Below are positions 50,501 through 63,560 of a DNA stretch of 64,000 nucleotides, piece after piece. The notes under the pieces are model-generated. The model worked only from the letters and a program-made list of their open reading frames with translations. It had not been told where the DNA came from and did no database searches. This DNA comes from Camelus dromedarius (taxonomy: Eukaryota): the NCBI RefSeq assembly GCF_036321535.1, contig NC_087436.1, forward strand, positions 104,472,001 to 104,536,000, in the 5' to 3' direction. The translations under genes and the position numbers were made by a program. Position 1 is the first letter of the stretch; the number at the start of each line of letters is the position of its first letter.

Positions 50501-53064
50501 CAATTGTGACTTGTCAAGATACCTCCTGCCCTGGTGGTTTTTCTCTGGGCCACTGACTTGACATGTTTCTTAACCACACAGCCAGTCATACAGTCTCCCT
50601 GGCCTTCAATTTCTTGTTCCGGAGTTATTAACACTCGTTCCCTTCCTCCCCACTGGGCTGTTGGGAGGTGTAAGTAGAATCATAAAATGCCAGGTCCCAC
50701 CCTTTTATTTTCTTCATAGGGAAACAGGTACATACAGAGATTCAGAGCCTTGCCAAAATCACAGAGGTGGGATTTGAATCCAGGTCGGGGTGCACGTTAA
50801 TTGAATCTGGTTAGCCTTTGTCCCGAACGGGAGTCAGGGAACCAATGGCAGTGTGGTGGAAAGGGCACCACCCTATGGAGTCGGGCACCCCTGCCACTTT
50901 CTTTTGCTGTCAGCTTAGTAAGCATGTAGAAACTTTCTGCCTCTGCTTCTTCATTTGTGTCATATCAACAAGAACACCCAATCAGTTGTAGTTACTGTAA
51001 ACATTCAATGACCAAGGAGGCAATTCTCCATCACTTAAACACTGCCTTCCACCATGCCGTCCCATCCTTTCCCTCCGGCCCTGGTATCTTAGATTCTCCT
51101 CAGTCCAAAAGTATATCCTCCTGTATCTTCTTTCTGGTTTCAGAAATTCCTCAAATTCATTCACTAGTCAACAAACACTGACTGAGCACTATGTACCAGG
51201 TGCTGTCCTAGATGAAGTGGATCAAAAATCAACTCTTTTCCCTCAAGTCAGGGATGACTTAGATGCCATCAGGAGGAGCAACCGTGGGCCTAGGCAGAGT
51301 CCCAGGAAGGTGCCGATGGAGCTGACCGAGTCTTGACTGTGGAGCCCTTTCGGGAAGAGGGAGGAACAGTTGGAGTCCCCGCCTCTGAGAGAGTGACTGC
51401 AAGGGCCACGGAGGGAGGCTGTGGTCACCACTGATGAAAACAACAGCCCACTTCCCACCTCTCCCTGAAAGCCGATGAGGGGACAGAGGCTGTGGCGTGA
51501 CTAGCTCCCTGGCCCAGTTTTTCTAGGCTTTTCTGAAGGAGGGCGAGGGTGTGCGTCATTGAGTAAAAATGGTCCAGAGAGTGGTTCTTCTCTGTCTCGT
51601 AACGGATGCCCTTCTTCTTGCAGATTCCAGAACGGCCTTGAAAATCTACAGGCCACTCTGCTGCCGGCCACTTGCAGCCAGTGAGCGCTGGGAGGGCCTT
51701 CACCCTAGCTGCCTGCCAAGGCCAGGAGGCCCGGGCGGGCAGCATCCCACCCTCCCGGTGGGCGGTTGCCAGCCAGCAGGCTTTGGAAAACAGGGAGCTT
51801 GGAAAAGAGTCACTTGAATTTTATAAAGTGGTAACTACTGTGGGGCTTTATGTAATTAAACCTAAATGCCATTTTCCTGCTAAAGCTCTCTGGTGAGGTA
51901 ACAGTTTTCTTTAACGTCAACTCAGGAAGTTTTACCCAAGAAAAAGGAGGTGGGGCTGTGGAGGCGGGTGCTGCTGTTTGCCAAATCAGGAAATGTGAAT
52001 TAACTGACAAGGAGCTGAAAAAAAGAGAAGAAGGGAAGTGGGAGACAGCAATAGGGAGTCGTACAATTTGAGTAAACTTGGGAGACACAGGCCAGTTTTC
52101 ACTGCAAGTAAATTCTGCTGGGTGAATCTTCCTTTTTATTGTGGGCTGCCCTGAAAAACTTGGAGGGAAAGAAAACCCCAAACTTAACACCGTCTTCATG
52201 GAAGGAAAACCTAAGGTATTAACAGGGATTCCATCCCCTATAATGTAAACATTCACCTTGGGCATGGAAACTCTTGCTCTGAGAGCTTGCTTCAAGTTGC
52301 CTGTTTCACACCACAAATCTAACCACAGCTTTCTGCGCAATGTATGATTTTAAACAATGAATATATTATGTAGATCAAATAGGACTTTTCTCCACCCCCC
52401 CACCCCTCCCCTGGTATTAGACCTACCTCATGGTTTCAAACATGGTTGGCATGCCCTAAGGACAGAGAGAAGAAAGCCCTGTTTTTAAACAGGTGTTCAG
52501 GAACCAAGAAGAATGAATCACTGGAAAAAATGAAGGCCAAATGCAAGTTCACCCGTCACCAAATCTGTAGTGAGTTTTAGAAAATAGAATTAACCTTTTC
52601 ATTTTCTCTTTCCTGCAGATATCCCTTGGTTTTTATCTAGAAACAGAAGCCAAAGGCCTGAAATACAAGGAATTTTGTCCACAGAGGTTTTGCCCTAAAA
52701 ACAGCTCTTTTTTTCCCCTACCTTATTTTCAGACTCAGCCTAAGGGCTGCCCTGCACAGGAGGCATTTTAAGGAATGAGGCAAGTGACCCCAGGCACTGG
52801 CCCTGCAGAGACCTGGAATCTTCCTCGAGCTCGTGTGCACTTCACATGCGAGCATGTCCGTGCACGTTTATGTGGAGCAGTGACACTGGGCAGAACGAAT
52901 AAAAGGACATCATAGTTGATATGCTAGAGTCTCCTGGTCTTTCCAAATTGACAACCCTGGCTTTCCCGTAGAAGGCTAGCTAGGTCTCTGATGAAAAACA
53001 CTGTGCACTAATTGGACCTGAGTGGAATGGAGGGGGATGAAATAAATTCAGGAAAGACCACATC

Positions 53065-53212
53065 AATGCTTTTCAAACTCTAGTACCCTGGGTGCTTGTT
53101 AAGAAATCTCTGAGGTCCCGTCCCCAAAGAGTTTGTGCTCGTGGTCCAGGGTGGAGCCAGGAATAGGTCTTTTAACCACCATCCCAGCAATTTCACTGGT
53201 TGAGGAACACCC
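53065..53212. mobile_element. MER5-like hAT MITE remnant
   Basis: atgcttttcaaactct..ctgggtgcttgttaagaaat..cagggtggagccaggaat..ttttaacc. Confidence 0.5.
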
Positions 53213-54815
53213 GTTGACTTTGTAGGCCAGTTTCTGTTTCCATGCAATCTTTCCATTAACTCTTTAGTGTGTTGCTTCCTTCTGAGGGCCTGGATCCTTC
53301 TTAAAAATAAGTATTAGCTGCCTCAAGGTAATTTGGGGTGCCAGCCTGAACTCTGCTCTTCTCTCCTTTGGGCATCCCCTCCCTCTCTCTCCCTTCACTT
53401 CCCTCCCTCGAATTCTCCCCTAGCCCCTCACCTGGTCCTCCTTTTCTTTAGTTTAGTTCCAGAAGCCATTTCATGAGCTTCCACTAAAGTTTAAGGTGCT
53501 GGGGTTATCAAAATGAATTAAGACTGGCCCCTGCCCTTAAGAAGCTGATGTCTGGTTTAAAAGACTGACAGACTGAACAGATCATTTCAACAGGGAGAGC
53601 TATGTGTTAAAATAACTGCCAGTCCTGGGGCTCAGAGGGGAGGGTACTTGAGAAGGTGCTTTGAACAGCCCCGAGGTGTATGGTTTTCCAGTCGGCTGAA
53701 GTCGGGGTGCGAGTGTTGGGGGGAAACCCTGGTCTAAGCATCCCAGTTCTTCCCCCCATCAAATTAAAGCACCTCTATTTGCCAATTGCCAGTTTACCAG
53801 AAGAGACTAAGAAGCCAAATATTAGAGAAAGAGAGGAAAACCGATTCAAAGTTATGAGATGATATGGTGTCCAAAATGCACAGGAACTGAGCGTGTGCTT
53901 ATCGAGTTAATATATGAAGTCTGTTCTAAATGGATTTTCTGAATTTAGATTTTTGCTTTCTTTATTTGCATAGAAAAGGCCTTGCTTGGGGGATGAAATT
54001 GAAGAATTCAGAGGGAGATAGTTAGCCTTCCCTGGCCCCCTCCAACCCCCTCCACTGCTGCTCCCTTGCCTTTGGCAATGCTTAACCTTGAACATGACAC
54101 TTTGTTTTTTTTGGTTTCCAACTCGTCAAGTAGGCATAAGAAAACACCTTTGCTTCCAGCTGTTTGACAATGACACTGAGAAGATTTATGCACTAATTCT
54201 GGCAAAATCACCTGGGCTCTCGGAAGGAGAAAACAGTATGTGAGCATCTAGTGAGGAAGGGAGAGGCAGGAGACCCACATTTTTTTCACTGTACTCCTTG
54301 CTGGCTAATTAGAAGACAGATTCATTAAGGCTCAGGCCAAAGAAAAAGCCCAAAGCATGGAAGAGACCAAAGAGAATTACATCATTTCCTCTGTATCTTC
54401 CCTGAGGGCATCCTGGTCTTGGAGAGAATGACTCAGGCCACAGAAATGAAGCAAAAACAGCCCAGCTTCCAACCCTGATTATTTTGGATCAGAACCTTAC
54501 ACAGAAGAGAATACTTTTTTGGAAAAATAAAGGAGTGAGGCAAGCAAAGAGCGTGGTTTTCTGACTGGGCTGAAAATAAGACAGGGAAGTTGACGCTAAA
54601 TCAGAGCGTGTGCTGTTCTTTCCCTTCTACGCTCCATACAAAAATCAAAACAGCTTACAGCCTTGCTCAACTAAGTTTCAGGAAATTTAGATGAGTAAAA
54701 TTCTTAGAATAGAAGCGTTGGTTTAGAAGTTTACACTTATTCATTTCATTCCTTTGGTTATTTTTACAGGAATGTCAGATGTAATTGGGCAGGTCAATTA
54801 AGTAGGAAGATTTTT

Positions 54816-54967
54816 GTTTGTTTTTGGTTTTTTTTCAGGGAGGGGGGTGGTGGTGGTAATTCAGATTATTTTTTTATTATATTTTTTAAATAGAGATACA
54901 GGGAATTGAACATAAGACTTCTTGTATGCAAAGCACGTGCTCTACCCCTGAGCTATCCCCTCCCCTC
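54816..54967 (-). mobile_element. Vic-1-type SINE (diverged)
   Basis: TSD agga(a/g)gat(t/c)ttt at ~54804 and ~54968. Confidence 0.85.
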
Positions 54968-55861
54968 AGGAGGATCTTTTTATTTCTACTTCTGCAAGTA
55001 GCTGTTACTCTTAGATCAAAATTGTAAAGTTTCCTGCCTTGTGAATGCCTCATCAGATTCATTCCGTTGCCTCTAGCAGTAACAAGCACTTAGAAATCTA
55101 TTGTTCTTGCTCAGGTGATGATAGACTACTGATATTTACATCAGAATATGAGTTGCTGCTTCTTTTTTTTTTTTTTTTTTCTCCAGCTCGTCTAATACAC
55201 TCAGAGGAACCCAGGAATGATCCTTGGGCAGCTTCCATGGCAAATTCCTAAATTGGGTGTTTGTTATTCTGGCTGCTGAATTGCTTTTACACTGGGAGGC
55301 TGGACCCAGGACAAGCCTTGTCCCATCTCCAAGCCCCATCCCTTCGGGCTCCCAGACTTTGGAGCACACACAAGCAAATATGACATGGGGAAAATCAGGT
55401 CCTCTGATATTTCACAGATCTAGAGATCCATCAAGTTCCATGAGTCCCAGGAAAAAGAGGTAAAGTAAATGTTGGGCTTCTGTGTAACCATATCTCCTGC
55501 TCTATATTGAAATCAAGAGAAAAGACAACTTATCAACTATTTGCACCACCAGAAAGTACAAGTTTAAGGCCATTTGGGTTTTAAAAATTAATGTTACAGA
55601 AGAGAAGAAAAGCACCTCTTTGGAACTTTGGCAGTAAGATTAAGAGGTTAAGATTATGGAAAGAAACTTGAAAAACTTTTTGATAATTAACACTTCTATC
55701 TTTAGCACGATTTTACCTAGGAATTTGGGTGTTTCCATCACTGAAGCTTTCTTAACTGATGTCACCAGTGATATCTGATCTTTTTAAAAGTTGAACTTGA
55801 TGGCTCACAACTTTCCTCCTACTAAATGTCATCCATCCATCCCTCCATCCTTCCACCAGTC

Positions 55862-56373
55862 TGAGACAGGAGGGAAGGGGGCAGGGCACAACCATTAAAC
55901 AAATGACAGAGCAATTGAAGATTCAACACTCAGGAGACCTTGAGGCCCAAGATGGCAGGAGATTTGACTTCCAGTAGACCTTGTAATATATTAGCATGGG
56001 AAATGAGACATCCAGACCGTCCAAAGCTAACCATAAAAAGTCAAAAAGTGGGCGGTGGCCCGATTCCTGGGAATCCCTGCCACTTCCCCAAAGTAGTTGG
56101 AATATTCCTCCTACTTGTTAGCATATGGAGTTCCCAAGCCCGTAAAAGCTAACAAGCCCGCACCTCCTGGTCTTTCTCTTGCCTTTTAGAATAGCCCATA
56201 CTCTGTATAGAGTATATATCTCTCCAAAATAAATCTACTTTTACTCAACTATGACTCACTCTTGAATTCTTTCCTGCACAAAGCCAAGGACCCTCACTTA
56301 ACTGGGCGCATCCCAGGGACTCACCTGAGGCCTGGGACTCGCCCATCCTCTCTGGCCCCATTTTTCTGTATCA
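55862..56373 (+). mobile_element. ERV1 solo LTR, MER41-like (resembles MER41_BT)
   Basis: TG...CA termini, TSD cagtc/cattc, AATAAA at 56228. Start TGAGACAGGAGGGAAGGGGGCAGGGCAC recalled for cetartiodactyl MER41. Splits an L2 tail. Confidence 0.8.
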
Positions 56374-57145
56374 CATTCATTCATCCATCCTCTATTTCCA
56401 GGATGTAGACTATGTGCTAAGCAATGTGTTAAGTGCTGGGAACACTTAACGTACGATGTGGCAGGGCAGTCTGCTGGCAGAGAAGTACTTGATAACTTCA
56501 GGCAAACCATAAAATACCCACTACAGTAGGCAGAGGGCCATGGGAGCACAGGGCAAGGGCACCAACACCATCCTGAGGGCCAAGGGGTAGCCTCAAGAAA
56601 GTGACAAACTAAGCCGAGACTGGAAGGGAATGAGCAGTTAGCCAGGGGAGGGGTATGGTGCTCTGGGGGGAGGTGTCAGGGTTTCAGTGTGGCTAGACTG
56701 GAAAGGGAGAGAGTACTTGTGGGAGTGTGAGTGAGGGTGTGTGCTTATGTGACAGGAAGGAGTGGAAAGAGAACAGTGATGAGAAGTAAGGTGGGGAAGA
56801 TAAACAGGAAGAGAATTGCATGGCAAAATCAAGAGTTTTGAGGGCAATGAAGAGCTGTAGAAGAGTTTTAGAGGAAAAGAGATGGCAGGATCAAAGGCAG
56901 AGTTTAGGAGGATCACTGTGGAGAGGCTTTACTCCAGAGGGGGCGAGGAGAAGAGACAGGTCAGTTGAGAGGCTGCTGTAGTGCTCCAGGCTAAATCTGC
57001 TAGAGATCTAAATTAGGAAGGATTTACTGATTCATTCAGCACATATTTATAGAGACTTATTGAGACCAGATTGTGAACAAAAGTGCATCTGCCCTCACAG
57101 AGCTTAAAATCTGGTGGGAAAAATGGACATTAATAATGTAGTCAT

Positions 57146-57288
57146 GGGGGGAGAGGGTATAGCTCAGTGGTAGAGTTCATGCTTAGCATGCACAAGGTCC
57201 TGGGTTCAATCCCAAATACCTCCCTCTAAATAGATACATAAATACGTCTAATTAACTCCCTCTGTTCCCCCTCCCGAAGTTAAAAAAA
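57146..57288 (+). mobile_element. Vic-1-type SINE
   Basis: gggtatagctcagtggtagagttcatgcttagcatgcacaaggtcctgggttcaatccc plus tail. Confidence 0.9.
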
Positions 57289-57335
57289 AGTAGTTGTATA
57301 AATAAATGTAAAATGGCAACTGTGACAGGTGCTAT

Positions 57336-57664
57336 TGTGGCAGAGACTGCTTTTCCCCCAAATCTGTTGTGTGCTTCTTTTTCCAGGGAGATAGCTGAAC
57401 TACATTTCCCAGCCTCCCCTGCAAAGGAGTGTGATCATGTGACTAAAGTCTAGCCAATGGCATCTAAGTAGAAGTGATAGGGTGTGATAGAGAAATAAAT
57501 AGAGAAGAGACAGGCCCCCTAAATGTGTGGAGAAAAGTGGCACTGACAACATGAACACTAGCCCAGGAGTGTTACGTGAGTAGGAAATAGTTCTTGATGG
57601 CTGAATAATTACTTACTTGGGTCTGTTTGTTATATCAGCTTAGTCTACCATAAACCAACCTATA
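57336..57664 (+). mobile_element. MLT1J-like MaLR LTR
   Basis: tgtggcagagactgc..ctacatttcccagcctcccctgca..catgtgactaaagtctagccaatgg..gtagaagtga. Confidence 0.75.
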
Positions 57665-60600
57665 AAAGAGAGTCACAGAGTAAAATGAAAGAGTAAAATT
57701 GAGGGACCTAGCATAATCTGGGGAAAGTCAGGAGGATTTTATTGTGGAGCTTTGAGGATGAGTAGGAGTGAACCAAGCTTGATAGGAAGTTGACAGTTCA
57801 AGAAATACTTAACAGGTAGACTCCATGTGACCAAATAACCTGGTGTGTAGTGGAATAAGAAATTAAAGGTAACATCCAGTATTTTGCTTTGGGAAACAAG
57901 ATGGATGACAGGAAGAACAAGTTTGGGGGAGGGAGGCAGGAAATAGGATCAATTTTTGGACGGGACAAGTTTGCAGAGCCTGAGGACCACACTGTAGATA
58001 TCCAGAGCCTTTGAATTATGGTTCTGAAGCTTTGTAGAGAGGAATTAGGTGGCAGATAGTGAATGGGGGAGGCAGGTATCTGTTTCTGAATAATAATGAA
58101 AACAACAGAAATAGAACATGTGATCCAAGGAAACTGTGTAATGTTAGAAAAGCAGAGAATCAGGGATGGATTCTAGAAAAATGGAGGAATCTAGGAGGAA
58201 TTCATAAGGGAGGAATCCAGGAAGAGGAGTCTTCAATAAAAACTGAGGAGAAGCAGTCAGAGTGGAAAGAGGAAAATTGTGTCCTAAAGAGAGGTGTCCT
58301 GAAAGCCAACAGAAAAGATGTCACGTATCTGTCTTGAGTTTCTAATTTAAATAAAATTAGAACTAATTTTTCTCCAATACTTTGCATGATGGGCAGGACT
58401 CTGGTGTCAAACTTAGAATGACTATAAGACATTGCAGATTAGACATCTGAAAGTTCTGATTTAAAATGGTTGAAAAATTCTCATTTGATGACAAAGAATT
58501 TAAACGTATGCTTTAGAAATTTGGCCTGCAATTATCCAAACTGCACAGAATTTCAGACTCAAAGCATCACATGCCTGGTCACATTCCCGGTCCTGGAGGA
58601 GCATTCAACATCTCCAGGTGCTATTTGGGTCTACATCATCATTAGATTAAAGCAGAAGGTGGAAGTAACTTTCAAGGTATAGTCAAATATTTCATGTAAC
58701 AAGTAAAGTATAATCTAGACTTCAGTTCCTTTCAATGTGGTTTTCTTTTTTCCCTTTAATTTTGCAAAGTTGTCAAAACTCGATTGTGTGTGGAATAATT
58801 TTAATAACCAAAAAAAGGATCAGCCACTTCCCTCTCTTCTTCCCCTTTATCTTCTATTTACTTTTCTCAGTTCTCTTACCTTTTACCAAGGGATAGAGCC
58901 TTCCTCATTTTTTTTTTCTCTACTTCCCAAAGCTCAAATTAGCTCTTCTGATTGACATAAAGCATTTTCCTAAGGAGATGATAAAAGTGCTTTTCTGCCT
59001 TTTTCTTCTGCTTTTGTCTCTCATCTCATCCTCTTAAAAAAAAAATCCCTCCTCTGCTGCTTATTTGCTCATCTTAGCGATCCAGTGACGCATCTCCTCC
59101 TTTTCTGTCTCTTCTCGCTCTTTTTCTTCTTACTTCTTTTACTCTTTGCCTGAGTCCTCTACTTCTACCTTTAAATCGTTTCTTTTTTTGCTTCTGCACT
59201 TTAGGGCCACCATGAGCAATATTTTCCCCCAATTCCCAAATGATGTGTTTTAACTTTCTCATCTATAAAGTGGGCACAATCATGCCTTTTCCCATGCATC
59301 CCCCTCCCCTATTTTTTTCATACCTTTATATGCAAGATACTGTTTTAGGTGGCTTAGGGAATAAGACATTGCTCATTTTCTCTGCCTGTGAGGAATTTAC
59401 CATAAACAAGCAAAAATTCATGGTTTCCTAAAAGTAATTATAGCAAGACGTGTCCATGCATGAACAGCAGAGGCAATGAGACGATACCAAGTTCAGAGAA
59501 AAGAAGGATCACGTGGATTCAGGAAACCAGATGGCTTCATGGAAAAGGAGAGGATCTTTGAATGGGGCTGTGAAGGATTTTCATTTTATGGTTTGGCAAA
59601 GTCAGAGCCCCAGGGAAGTACAAAGGAGGAAGGGAGTGGCATTTCAATGAGGAGGACTTCAAAAATACAAAATGGTCTGCAACTGAGCTGTCCTATGATT
59701 TCCATCCCCTTGTCAGTCAACCCCATTAACAAAACAACTTCAAAAACCTCCATTGTTTAACCATTTAAAAATGTCAGATTTATCAGAACCTCTGGATTAT
59801 AAAAGAACAAGACAGGTAACAGATGCTTTTTGCATCTTGAGTCAACTAAAATTTCTGACTAGAGATTCAACAGGGAAGAGAGTTGAGGAGCAAGGGCATT
59901 AAAGAAGTTGAGGGTGTCCAATTCTGAGTATGCCGCAGCTAAAAAGGGAACTCTAGCGGAAGTCTGCAAGGAGAAAATAGTTAGCAAGGACCCTTTATTT
60001 TTTGGTTTCTACCCTTAAGTTTAATAATTTTTTTTTCAGTAAGAGCATTTGCCCTGATTAACACCATCAGTACATGAAATAGGATTTGCATTTGTACCAG
60101 ACAAGCCATCCAAATTATTTGCTGTGCTCAAGGTTCCCTTCTAGACATATAGGTCCATGCTTTGTTCTCTATGACCCTGCTACATTGGCTGCAGCTAATG
60201 GACAGAAAGATGTGTCTTTGGTGAGGCAGTGAGGAGAGGAGTGGGAAGGCAGTCATCTACAGATCTGGGGATCCCTCTACCCAATGGGAGCACCATCTAC
60301 TCGATTCACCAGTAGATCTACTCATGGACCCTCTCTTTCTCATGGGGTTTGATCGGAAACCCTTCAGGAGAAAACAAACAAACAAACATGGGTGATAAAT
60401 AGAGGCAGAAGAGAGGCCAAGAACAGAGAGAGGAAGGAGAGAGAGGTCGGAGAGGGGAATACAGAAAAGTCAGCTCGTAGTGAGCAGGCTAAGAGATGGG
60501 ACAGCAGCAGAGAAGTCAAGTCCTGAATGTGGTGGGCAGCTAGAACTGCTACTGAATGACCAGAGCTACTATTACAATGAGAAGAAAACTGATGCTTCCT

Positions 60601-61059
60601 GAAGCCTGCCCGCAGCCACTGAGACCATTTCCTGCGCTTCCTCACCTCTTCACGTATTCTTGCCTCAAATTTCCCACTGACTGACGTAATATGAATGTGG
60701 TTCTGCTCCTTCTTGTGGAAAAAAATCTAGCCCACTTAGTAATTTACAGATTATATTTTTATACCAGGCCAGCATGTGCAGAAAACGTGCTCTCATGGTC
60801 CACAGCCGTACGTGTTGCAGTTTAAGCATTGCTGATATAGTGAAATCCTGGGCTGTCCAAGTTATTCAGGTTGCAGATAGTCTACTCTCCTTTTTGGTTC
60901 CTCTGTCTTTAAATGTCTCTACTGCCAGCTAATATTGAGAAGTTAGGTGAATGCAGGGAGAAGCAGCTCGGGTTAAGCTGCTTGTTCTTCTAATGTTTGG
61001 TGATAGCAAAGTAGAAACTAATGAGTACATGGAATAGCACAGAGAAGTAGCCTTCGGAT

Positions 61060-61215
61060 TGGTTTAAGGGGATGTACTTAAGTTTGAACTTCAGTGTGAC
61101 TCAACCACTTTATGACTTAATTTCTTCACCTATAAAATAGAAGTAATACTACTACTTTGTAGGGTAGTTATGAGGAATAAATGACTTGTTAGATGTAAAA
61201 GGCTTAGAAAAGTGA
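61060..61215 (+). mobile_element. MIR fragment
   Basis: aatttcttcacctataaaatagaagtaatactactactttgtagggtagttatgaggaataaatga. Confidence 0.65.
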
Positions 61216-62614
61216 CTGTCATTATTACTTAGCCCTTGGGCCAGTTGGGGATAAAATAGGATAAATAAAAGTGACACATAGTACAGTACTTGACATATAA
61301 ACTCGAACAAATATTAGCAAGAACTATAAATACATAAATTAATAATATAATTCTTCAAGTGGTTTCTCAGTTCATGGTTTTATATTCTAACCTACCATGT
61401 TCTGTGATGTGTTGGTACATATGATTGAAAGTTGCAAGTTACCAGTGTCTCATTAAGGCAGCCGGGTGTGATGAGAAAAGCATGGAACCATTGACAGGAG
61501 ACCAGAGGTTTTGTTCCAGCTCCAGCACTAATGGGGTCTATGACCTTGGCCTAGTCATTTGATCTCCCTGAGTTTCAATTTCCCCATGTGTTAAATGAAG
61601 ATCACAATGTTCTTTCAGTTCAGAAATGCTGTGATTCTCAGCCTTCATATGGTTTTAAATTTTAAAAACTTGGCTTGTAGCTATGCGCTTACAAGCAAAT
61701 TAAAATCTGATATTGACTTCAATTCTTCTAGACATGAAAGAAATTCCCTTTTTCATTTCTTAAGATCATTTTTTACAAGATCTGAAATAGAAATAATGTA
61801 AGTTCTAATGTGTAACATTGCTGTCTAGTCATCACTGTGTTGTTTTTAATGTCTATTTCTAGCATATTGTAAACTAAGTGGTTACATGTTAAACATATAC
61901 AAGGAGAGTCATTGTAATTAGGTGTGGCCTAGAAAAAGTAATTTGGACATTTCTCTGGCATTATCTAAAATCTGATATCACTGTATCCTATTAGCTTCAT
62001 GGAGTTTATTATACAAGAAAAAAATTTTAAAGTTATTATCAATCCTGAGTTGCACCCTGATTTCTCTAGAAACATCATACTAGTTAAAATTTGTGCAGCA
62101 TATTTTTTTTCAGAAGCCAGGGATCCTTCTATTCCATTTTTATTTCCAAGGGCAGGGTGGGGCTGTGGCTTGGCAGTGGAGGGTGTGGTTTTGGTGGGGT
62201 TGGCTGGGCAGGGGAAAAGAAACACTACAACAGTTGTGAGGACAATTCACTGTCTAGGGACCGTGCATCCTCGAAAGGTTTGTGTTTAGGCATAAAGTGT
62301 CTCCAACTGGTTTAGAACTGCTGGTGAATCCAAGGGAGTGCTGCTGCTGACAGAGGGAGGAGCAGAGGGAGGGAGAGAGAGAGAAAAGAAGGAGGAGGAG
62401 AAGGAGAGGAGAAAAGGACGGGAAATTGGAAATAATATTTGAATATGAACCATGAACATATAGAATAGGGAGCGCCCTTAATGGCCATCTAGACCAGCAT
62501 ACTGATTATTTCTAGGGAAAGCCGAAGTTCAAAGAGTTTCAGTATTTGCCAGAGGTTATTCCATTACTCAGAAGCCAGGACTAGAACTGAGGTGACTTCT
62601 GAAGTTGGGTATTT

Positions 62615-63560
62615 GTTCATTCATTCTTTCATTCATTCATTCATTCATTCATTCAAGCAACGTTATTGAGAGACGTCCATGTATAGGCATCATATTAGGC
62701 ACTGAGTGACAGGACACTCCTGCAGCTTACATTCTAGGGGGAGAGATGCTGTAGCATAAGCCAGCTACCCGACAAATGATACAGATGAAACCAGAGTGTT
62801 GAATACTTAAGAGAAAATAAAATAGAGCGTTGGACGCAGAGTGATGGTGTGTGTGGGGAGGGAAGACGTCTCTGAGGAGTTAGAAAAGGAAGGAACCGTG
62901 CAGATTGTGGAACAGAGCGTTTTAGGCAGAGGACTAGGCAAAGAACTTCCCTTTCTTCTCTTGTCTCCTTCTTCTTCCCCTTCTCCTCTCCCCTCCCCCT
63001 CCTTCCCTTTCCTTTCCTCTCCTCCTCCTTCTTCTTCTGTCTCAATGCTTTAAAAATGTTAAATATAATCCTTATAGCAAACTTGCAAGTTTCAGATTAT
63101 TATCAGTCTCTAGTTCAAAGAAGAGCTGAGGTTCAAATGTGGTAGTGCCAAGACAGAAAGTGCTAAGACCCTAACATGGGAATGCATTTGGAGTATCTGG
63201 AGACAGAAAGCCCACGGAGCTGCAGCACAGTGAACAAGGGGAACAGTGGTGTGAGTAGAGGTGAGAGACGGAAGCATGGGACAGATCAGGTAGGGCTGTA
63301 TGCATCACAGCCAAGGACTGGATTTTATTCCTCATGCAGTGGAAACCATTGGAGAGTCTTAAGCAGGTGGTGACATGATTTGATTTACAGTTAAGAAAGG
63401 TCAATCTCACATTTTGTATGGAGAGTGGATTGGAAGAGGCTAGGGTGGGAGCTAGGAAACCAGCTAGGATGCTGTGCATCTGGTGCAGGATGATGTGAAC
63501 CAAGATGGCTGCATTTGAAATGGGGAGAACAGGACAGATTCTGATGCTCAGAGAAGAAAC
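62615..63560 (-). mobile_element. L2 with (TTCA)n tail, interrupted by a pyrimidine tract (~62945-63040)
   Basis: ttcattcattcattcaagcaacgttattgag..., ggattttattcctcatgcagtggaaaccattggagagtcttaagcagg. Confidence 0.7.

Larger units (their letters stand above)
56374..58400 (-). mobile_element. L2 fragments interrupted by a SINE and an MLT1 LTR
   Basis: cattcattcatcc tail, ttttaggaggatcactgtgg, gagaggctgctgtagtgctccagg, gattcattcagcacatatttatagag. Confidence 0.6.

Noticed and set aside
51810..52340. 176-aa minus-strand ORF
   Set aside because: Non-ATG start, no recognisable domain or exon structure.
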